Source: an uncultured bacterium (lineage in GTDB: Bacteria; Fidelibacterota; Marinisomatia; SCGC-AAA003-L08; D37C17). From it: a DNA stretch of 49,654 bases. The position numbers and the translations under genes were made by a program. Numbering within the stretch: position 1 is the first letter of the stretch; each line of letters opens with the position of its first letter. Below the pieces are notes generated by a model, which had not been told where the DNA came from, made no database searches, and saw only the letters and a list, made by a program, of their open reading frames with translations. Positions 44,357 to 49,654 of the stretch are shown piece after piece. Where the stretch lies: assembly GCA_964532515.1 (NCBI GenBank), contig CAZHKH010000001.1, forward strand, positions 1-49,654. The letters run 5' to 3'.

Positions 44357-44841
44357 GCTTGTATTTTTTTTAGTATTGAGCTATCTGTCGTTGATTCAAG
44401 AAGCTCTTTTATTTTCCTATTTTCATTAGCAATAATATAATCAGAATCTATGTCAGACCAAGGTTTAAGTACAAACTTTCTTTCTTTTATATGAGGATGT
44501 GGTATAACAAGTTCCCTTGATCTTATAATCGTTGATCCACAGCAAAGAATATCTATGTCAATTGGACGATTCGCATATCTATTTACAGACTTTACTCTTC
44601 CCATCTTTTGTTCAATTTTTTTTATAGATATGAGTAGATCCTCTGGACTATAGGAGGTTTCTATTTTAATGACCCCATTGTAAAACTTATTTAATGAAGA
44701 ATTATACATGGGCTCAGACTCATAAAAGTTTGATATCATCATCACTTTGTTTTTTTTATCTTTTGATATAGTATCAATAGCGCTGTTAAGGTGGGATAAG
44801 CGATTATCCATGTTTGATCCTAAACCAAGAAAAGAAATCAT
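44353..44841 (-). CDS. folK: 2-amino-4-hydroxy-6-hydroxymethyldihydropteridine diphosphokinase
   Basis: 162 aa. FLGLGSN, YESEPM, RPIDIDIL, IPHPHIKERKFVLKPW. Confidence 0.9.
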   Translation of the reverse strand: MISFLGLGSNMDNRLSHLNSAIDTISKDKKNKVMMISNFYESEPMYNSSLNKFYNGVIKIETSYSPEDLLISIKKIEQKMGRVKSVNRYANRPIDIDILCCGSTIIRSRELVIPHPHIKERKFVLKPWSDIDSDYIIANENRKIKELLESTTDSSILKKIQA

Positions 44842-45188
44842 TTTCTTTTATTCCTGTACTCAACTTCCACCGAATCTAAATCCATATTGATGGGTGGTGA
44901 TGTTTTTTTTATAGAGATTCTAGTGGATTTTATATTGCTATTTTCCATTATTTTATTAGAGATATCAACTGAAAGAGTTTCAATTAAGTTGTATCTTTTG
45001 GCGCTAAAAACATCCTTGACGATATCTACAATACCCATATAGTCAACTGTATTTTCAATCTTATCTTTATAATCTGTATCTACTATTTTGATCTCAACAC
45101 TAATTATAAAGTTCTGGCCCTTTTCCTTCTCTATCTTATAGACGCCATGATATCCAAATAGCTTTATTTTATTTATTCTAATTTTCAT
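44838..45188 (-). CDS. folB: Dihydroneopterin aldolase
   Basis: 116 aa. IKLFGYHGVYKIEKEKGQNF, DYMGIVDIV, LIETLSVDI. ATGA overlap with folK. Confidence 0.85.
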   Translation of the reverse strand: MKIRINKIKLFGYHGVYKIEKEKGQNFIISVEIKIVDTDYKDKIENTVDYMGIVDIVKDVFSAKRYNLIETLSVDISNKIMENSNIKSTRISIKKTSPPINMDLDSVEVEYRNKRK

Positions 45189-45790
45189 TATATTTTCTTT
45201 AAAATAATAAGTCTTTCTCTTCCTGATCGAGGCTCAATTGAATATTGGGAAAAACTATTTTCAATAACCTTAAATCTATCTTGAGTTAACTCTAGAATTT
45301 GATCAACACTGATACCAAATGGTGGTCCATCCTCATTGTATATATCTTTATCAAGAGGAATAAATATTCCAAACAAAAGGCCACCTGATTTAAGAATACT
45401 GCAAGCCATATCAAAATAATCTGACCTTCTATTTGGATCTATTGCACAGTAGCATGTGTATTCATAAACAAAATCAAAAGAATCACTGTACATATCAGAA
45501 AGATTGAAAATATCTTCCTCTATTAATTTAATACTATTTTCTGTTGTTATTTTTTTTTGAAGATTCTTAATTGCCTGAGTTGAGAAATCAACAGCATAAA
45601 CCTCTGTGCCATGATTTGATAATTCAATGACATCGTGGCCATTTCCGCACCCTAAAACACAGGCTTTTCCTGATATATTATTATTTTTTAAGTAGTGAGA
45701 TAATATGGGAGTGGGAGCACCTATGTCCCATTTTGTATTATTATCTAAATATCGTTGATTCCAAAATTCTGGATTAGAGACCTTGTTCAA
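45188..45790 (-). CDS. Thiopurine/halide-thiol S-methyltransferase (TPMT) family SAM-dependent methyltransferase
   Basis: 200 aa. FWNQRYLDNNTKWDIGAPTPIL (TPMT-family N-terminal Trp pattern), VLGCGNGHDVIELS (motif I), GGLLFGIFIP. TTG start. Confidence 0.7.
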   Translation of the reverse strand: MNKVSNPEFWNQRYLDNNTKWDIGAPTPILSHYLKNNNISGKACVLGCGNGHDVIELSNHGTEVYAVDFSTQAIKNLQKKITTENSIKLIEEDIFNLSDMYSDSFDFVYEYTCYCAIDPNRRSDYFDMACSILKSGGLLFGIFIPLDKDIYNEDGPPFGISVDQILELTQDRFKVIENSFSQYSIEPRSGRERLIILKKI

Positions 45791-45800
45791 GACTCTTGAC

Positions 45801-45995
45801 CTAGGTTAGGGATACATTTACAGCTTGAGTGCCTTTCTGCGTTTCTTCAGTATCAAATTTGACACTTGAATCCTCACGAATTCTCTGGCCTTTTCTGACA
45901 CTGGAAATATTAAAGAAGTAATCCTCTCCATCATCAGTTTCGATAAAGCCCCAGCCTTCCATCTGCTTCCATAGTCTAACTGTTCCGTAGTTCAT
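45801..45995 (-). CDS. Cold-shock-domain-like protein (divergent)
   Basis: 64 aa. GTVRLWKQMEGWGFIETDDGEDYFFNISSV parallels GTVKWFN..KGFGFI...G.DVFVH.S, with altered RNP1/RNP2 positions. Confidence 0.6.
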   Translation of the reverse strand: MNYGTVRLWKQMEGWGFIETDDGEDYFFNISSVRKGQRIREDSSVKFDTEETQKGTQAVNVSLT

Positions 45996-45996
45996 A

Positions 45997-46329
45997 CTAC
46001 TTAAATCCTATATCTGTATTAAACTCACTTGGGAAATCATATCCATCTCTATCTGGGTAATGCATAATAGTATCTATATTTGCCCATGCAACTAAAAAGA
46101 CTGCATCCACTGATTCGGTTTTCTGTTTATCTTTTTCTATGGGTTTACCCTCTTGGTCTGTGGTGTATCTAAATGTCAGTTTGGGATGCTCTACCCAAAG
46201 TCCTAGCTGGTCTTGCCCTTTTACTTTAAAGTGAGTTAGTTCCTCAGGGATTGCGAGCTTAGAAAGAAAAGATTTATCTCTAAGGGCAATGAAAACAATA
46301 TCTCCAATAATATGTTCAACGGTAAACAT
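45997..46329 (-). CDS. Hypothetical protein (110 aa)
   Basis: Open frame with non-low-complexity composition, 1 nt upstream of the csp-like gene. No family recognised. Confidence 0.55.
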   Translation of the reverse strand: MFTVEHIIGDIVFIALRDKSFLSKLAIPEELTHFKVKGQDQLGLWVEHPKLTFRYTTDQEGKPIEKDKQKTESVDAVFLVAWANIDTIMHYPDRDGYDFPSEFNTDIGFK

Positions 46330-46343
46330 TAGATTATATGAAA

Positions 46344-46904
46344 TTAATTTCCTGCTTCTTTAGCTTCTTCATCTGCTAATTTTTTGAGGGCTTTGATTAT
46401 AACATCAGTCTTCATAAGTCTATCAAGCAACTCTTTATTCTTCTCAACCTCTTTAATCTTTGTTTCTAATGGCTTGATTTTTCTCACTTCAACATTTTTA
46501 ATGTCTTTTTTGACATTTTTAATACTCTTTTTCATGTCTTTATGATTATCATCAATGTTTTTTTCAATCTCTTTATTCTTTTTCGTCTGCTTATCAATAT
46601 AATCCTCGAGCTTACTCTCAAGATTGTCAAATCTATTGTTTGTAGATTCTATTTCATCGTTTAGCCACTTCCTTGTTGTATCGGTCTTTATCTCTAGATT
46701 CTGGATGTGTTTGGAGCTTCCAATCCATTTTTTTTCAAGTCGGGCATAGACCTCGGTTGTTTGGGTGACATCACCTGTAAGCTGCTCATCGTTATACTCC
46801 AAGTTGTGCATCGCTTTTCTATCTTCATCTCTAATAAAATTCCAGTAGTAAACCAGTGACACACTAACTAAAAATAAAATAAACCAAATTATTTTTTGTT
46901 GCAT
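46344..46904 (-). CDS. Hypothetical N-terminally anchored coiled-coil protein (186 aa)
   Basis: N-terminal TM helix IIWFILFLVSVSLVYYW followed by Lys/Glu/Asn-rich heptad-like sequence. TAATG overlap with the upstream ORF. Confidence 0.55.
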   Translation of the reverse strand: MQQKIIWFILFLVSVSLVYYWNFIRDEDRKAMHNLEYNDEQLTGDVTQTTEVYARLEKKWIGSSKHIQNLEIKTDTTRKWLNDEIESTNNRFDNLESKLEDYIDKQTKKNKEIEKNIDDNHKDMKKSIKNVKKDIKNVEVRKIKPLETKIKEVEKNKELLDRLMKTDVIIKALKKLADEEAKEAGN

Positions 46905-47266
46905 TATTTATTTTCCTCTTCTTTTTTTGCATCTACTTTTTCATTTCCAGGATTATCTTTTCCATATAAACTTAATAGTTTCTTTTCCCATTCTTTTCTC
47001 TCTTGATCTGCCTCTTTTTCTTCATCTGCAGTTTTAGTCTTTTTTAATTTTCGAAGCACAGTTTGTTTTTTCTTTTCATTGACTTTCAATTCATCAAATA
47101 CACTCTCCATCTCCACATTGAAATCCTTAATGGTTTTATCTATTCTTTTGAGCAGTTCATCGAAAATCAAAGTGCCGTATGTGCTATCCACTCCATTAAT
47201 AAGGTCTGACAGCCTATCGGTTAAATAACTATTTCTTCCTTCTGGTGTGCTTAAGTCTATAGCCAA
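46904..47266 (-). CDS. Hypothetical charged protein (120 aa)
   Basis: TTG start with GAGG 5 nt upstream. The nearest upstream ATG (47279) is followed immediately by TGA. The C-terminal half is Lys/Glu-rich. No family recognised. Confidence 0.5.
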   Translation of the reverse strand: MAIDLSTPEGRNSYLTDRLSDLINGVDSTYGTLIFDELLKRIDKTIKDFNVEMESVFDELKVNEKKKQTVLRKLKKTKTADEEKEADQERKEWEKKLLSLYGKDNPGNEKVDAKKEEENK

Positions 47267-47283
47267 AATTGCCTCACATTATT

Positions 47284-47712
47284 TTATTTGTTAATGTCAT
47301 CATCTTTTTGCTCGTCATCATCTTCAATTAAAATTGAAAATAAATCAGATTGATTAACTGTAATGTAATATACAAGAAATGACAAAATAATTCCTTGAAA
47401 AATATAGCCAAACCCAATAAATAATCCAATAACCACTAAAGAATAGAATAAGATTCTATGTCTACTTTGAATTTCATCTACGAGCGTCTTACATAAAATT
47501 CCAATAAAAATAAGAGCTCCAGTGGACAGAACGTGCGGACCACCCGCATCCAGATGATGGGTAACTGAGAATAAAGATGTTGCAATAATGCCCATAAACG
47601 TGATTTTTAGGTGAACCGCCTGCTTTATATCTTTCTCTGTAGCCGATGGCAGAACATAGGATATCACTCCACCAATCACAAGCTTAATGGCCATTGCAAT
47701 CATTGTCAGCAT
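47284..47712 (-). CDS. Integral membrane protein (4 TM; weak MgtC/SapB-like resemblance)
   Basis: 142 aa. AIKLVIGGVISYV, HLKITFMGIIATSLFSV, STGALIFIGILC and VVIGLFIGFGYIF loosely parallel the MgtC N-terminal domain. Acidic tail DDDEQKDDD. TGATG overlap with lepB. Confidence 0.6.
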   Translation of the reverse strand: MLTMIAMAIKLVIGGVISYVLPSATEKDIKQAVHLKITFMGIIATSLFSVTHHLDAGGPHVLSTGALIFIGILCKTLVDEIQSRHRILFYSLVVIGLFIGFGYIFQGIILSFLVYYITVNQSDLFSILIEDDDEQKDDDINK

Positions 47713-48860
47713 CAGTGAACCATCCCAAGCTTAATAATATTTAAATATGTCAGCGGATTAAATAAATTTAAATTCTTTGAAAAATTTAAATTCATAACAG
47801 AAAAAATAGGTGTTCCAAGCACATGATAATCAGGAACAAACCCCCAGTATCTTGAATCGTAACTATTATCCCTGTTGTCTCCTACCATAAAATAATAGTC
47901 ATGTTTTAGGGTATAGGAGTCTAAATCTTTAATGGAAACTCCATCAATCATAACATAATCAAGAAGCAGATCTTCATTCGCATACAAAGTTCCAAGAAGC
48001 TGATTAAAACCAGGGTGAGTTCTCCACTGCCATGGATTTATTTTCATTTGCTCGCGATACTCATTAAAGTTTTTTTCAATATACGCCCTTGAATCGGCTT
48101 CCTGCTTTGCTCTTATTGATCGATAGTCAGTGAAAAAACTCTGAATTTTATACTTTAAGAATCCCCTGGTTCTGGATATCTCTTCTGGATCAATAGCAGT
48201 AAAAGAAAAGGCTTTGTTAATCATCTGATTATCTTGCCCCTGTTCCTGGATCTTGATAGCAATATCAGCCTCATCAAGAACAAGAAGAGTAATGAGAGCT
48301 TCCCAATTACTTACATCCTTAAAGTCTATAGTCATTCCCTTGTATGGTACCTGAAAAGGCTTGAGGTTATTTCTATTTTGAGTGATGGATCTGAATTGAC
48401 TGTACATTCCAAACTCTTCATCAGTGGGCTCAATATATTTTTGTGTTTTATTCCCATCTTCAGGAAATGGCATCCTCTGATCATTGATATAAATTTCACC
48501 TTTATCAATTTTTATTGAATCTTTGGGAATACCGATGCAGCGCTTTACATATTTTTGAAATGGGTCTCTAGGATACTCGAAGATAACAACATCTCCATTT
48601 TCTACTTTTTTAAACTCCGCGAGTCTAACCCAGGGAATGTCAAATCCAATCCGAGTATATGGAATTCCAAGCCATGTTGGAGTTTTCATTCCATATACAA
48701 ACTTATTTCCAAATAGCATATCCCCAATCATATTGGTATCTTCCATGGATCCGGTTGGCACCACATATATCTCAGCCACGGATGTTTTAACTGTAAACGC
48801 CACTATAATTAGCACCAACAGTACTCTGAACTCTTCTTTGTAATTTCTTTTCTTTTTCAT
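47712..48860 (-). CDS. lepB: Signal peptidase I (S26A) with long insertion between boxes D and E
   Basis: VVPTGSMEDT (Ser box), GDVVIFEYP, YVKRCIGIPKDSI (Lys box), GDNRDNSYDSRYWGFVP. Start set at ATG 48860 (MKKKRNYKEEFRVLLVLIIVAF), 2 nt after the ggt stop. The track start at 48938 would overlap ggt. Confidence 0.85.
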   Translation of the reverse strand: MKKKRNYKEEFRVLLVLIIVAFTVKTSVAEIYVVPTGSMEDTNMIGDMLFGNKFVYGMKTPTWLGIPYTRIGFDIPWVRLAEFKKVENGDVVIFEYPRDPFQKYVKRCIGIPKDSIKIDKGEIYINDQRMPFPEDGNKTQKYIEPTDEEFGMYSQFRSITQNRNNLKPFQVPYKGMTIDFKDVSNWEALITLLVLDEADIAIKIQEQGQDNQMINKAFSFTAIDPEEISRTRGFLKYKIQSFFTDYRSIRAKQEADSRAYIEKNFNEYREQMKINPWQWRTHPGFNQLLGTLYANEDLLLDYVMIDGVSIKDLDSYTLKHDYYFMVGDNRDNSYDSRYWGFVPDYHVLGTPIFSVMNLNFSKNLNLFNPLTYLNIIKLGMVH

Positions 48861-48862
48861 GC

Positions 48863-49654
48863 CTAGTACGCCATCGCAGACGCGCCTCGACGTCTGTCCG
48901 CTGTGGCAAATATAATACCATTTCCTACTTGTATACAATTAGCTTCACCGATTGAGAGTCTTTCTACTAGCTGATAACCTTTCTCTGATAGCTTATCTAG
49001 TGTTTCTTTAGAGAATCCATTCTTCTCATAAAAAACTACATCTGGAAGCCACTGATGATGGAATCGAGGGGCATCCACCGCATCCTGTATATTCATTCCA
49101 TAATCAATAACATTCACCGCAATTTGGGCAACGGTTGTGATAATCGTTGATCCACCTGGTGAGCCAAGTACCAGCCTGAGCTGCCCATCTCCTGTCTGCA
49201 CCATAGTTGGAGTCATTGAGCTGAGCATTCTTTTTGATGGAGCTACCGCGTTTGCCTCTTTGCCTACCAGTCCATATTTATTTGGATGACCCGGCTTAAT
49301 TGAAAAGTCATCCATCTCGTTATTTAAAAGAAATCCAGCTCCATCAACCACAATACCATTTCCATATTTCCCATTGAGGGTAACCGTGACGCTCACTGCA
49401 TTTCCCCATTTATCAACCACCGAGTAGTGAGTAGTTTCATCACTCTCGTAAAAATCAACAATATCTCCAGGGCCCATCTGGCTACTTGGAATAATTTTAT
49501 CAGGATTATAATCAGAAAACCGATTCTGAGCATATGAGTCTGAAATGAGTGTTGACACGGGGACACTGACAAAGTCTGTATCTCCCAGATACTCCGCTCT
49601 ATCTGCATACGCTCGACGCTCAGCCTCAACAAAAGGCTGAATGTGCTCAGCGCT
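48863..49654 (-). CDS. ggt: Gamma-glutamyltransferase; N-terminus beyond the window edge
   Basis: The frame is open from base 49654 (792 nt = 264 codons): ..ERRAYADRAEYLGDTDFVSVPVSTL.. then the autoprocessing and nucleophile region ETTHYSVVDKWGNAVS, then GSPGGSTIITTV, RFHHQWLP, DRRRGASAMAY*. The GTG at 49558 in the track is internal. Confidence 0.9.
   Translation of the reverse strand, partial: SAEHIQPFVEAERRAYADRAEYLGDTDFVSVPVSTLISDSYAQNRFSDYNPDKIIPSSQMGPGDIVDFYESDETTHYSVVDKWGNAVSVTVTLNGKYGNGIVVDGAGFLLNNEMDDFSIKPGHPNKYGLVGKEANAVAPSKRMLSSMTPTMVQTGDGQLRLVLGSPGGSTIITTVAQIAVNVIDYGMNIQDAVDAPRFHHQWLPDVVFYEKNGFSKETLDKLSEKGYQLVERLSIGEANCIQVGNGIIFATADRRRGASAMAY

Noticed and set aside
46492-46523. 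Short direct repeat ACATTTTTAAT (46492..46502 and 46513..46523).
   Set aside because: It lies in the Lys/Asn-rich coiled-coil ORF and encodes the reiterated (S/D)IKNV(K/E) heptad-like motif. This is low-complexity coding repetition, not a regulatory or mobile-element repeat.
1-49654. Possible genomic island or chimeric contig. The ends look GC-richer: purM/fadD-like lines hand-counted at about 42-50%, and ggt lines at about 38-55%. Many central lines are about 25-30%. A tRNA-Leu sits near the left transition.
   Set aside because: My hand counts show a gradient rather than a step. The methyltransferase and thioesterase are about 40-47%, the sulfotransferase 33-42%, and GC then declines. GC-rich patches recur inside central conserved genes (9061..9120 about 53%, 25561..25620 about 50%). 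Both compartments carry housekeeping genes in the same strand and packing style. There is no integrase and no duplicated tRNA 3' segment. A sliding-window GC and tetranucleotide analysis would be needed to reopen this.
1-49654. Non-ATG starts. TTG at 5666, 6141, 43554, 45790 and 47266. GTG at 20912 and 42197.
   Set aside because: About 7 of 55 genes is within the normal bacterial range. Several are forced, such as the sulfotransferase, which has no in-frame ATG before its PAPS loop. I noted these as annotation caveats rather than as an anomaly.
1-49654. Search for CRISPR arrays, IS elements, integrases, prophage genes, and restriction-modification or other defence modules.
   Set aside because: I found no regularly spaced direct repeats, no terminal inverted repeats, and no ORF with transposase, recombinase, nuclease-helicase or other defence-type motifs. 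The THUMP methyltransferase has the RNA-modifying (RlmL-like) architecture and no partner nuclease.

Overview
This is a 49.6-kb, AT-rich, very gene-dense bacterial chromosomal segment. By eye most lines are about 25-35% GC, and conserved enzyme genes, especially at both ends, are richer. I call 54 intact or edge-truncated CDSs, one crotonase gene interrupted by a single in-frame TGA, two type-II tRNA-Leu genes (anticodons CAA and GAG), one intrinsic terminator and one perfect 21-bp tandem duplication. Every feature except one tRNA and one 69-codon ORF is on the minus strand, usually with 1-23 nt overlaps or gaps under 20 nt.

The content is overwhelmingly housekeeping: purM, purE, accA, lgt, lepA, trkH/trkA, murA, recN, nnr, acpS, secG, tpiA, pgk, smc, galK, folB/folK, lepB and ggt. 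There is also a small cell-envelope glycan block (a GT2-PGT fusion, a Dpm1-like GT2 and rmlD) and an Atu/Liu-like acyl-CoA carboxylase block.

A secreted protein with an NYPNPFNPST-type T9SS C-terminal sorting domain, the AT-richness and the extreme compaction suggest a streamlined FCB-superphylum organism (Marinimicrobia/Bacteroidota-like). That placement is inference only.

I saw no transposase, integrase, CRISPR array, prophage, or recognisable defence or toxin-antitoxin module, and I cannot point to a convincing self-contained novel system. The best leads are:
- a GT2 fused to a WbaP-like phosphoglycosyltransferase whose catalytic motifs look eroded;
- an accA / carboxyltransferase / split-AtuA / crotonase block whose hydratase carries an in-frame TGA at a conserved Gly position;
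- a tightly coupled block of four family-less small proteins downstream of lepB;
- a galK plus GlmU-N-like nucleotidyltransferase plus GH1 block with no galT;
- an unlisted 52-codon ORF coupled at both ends;
- a tRNA-Leu(GAG) wedged directly after secG.

All family calls come from motif recognition by eye. No database search was run.
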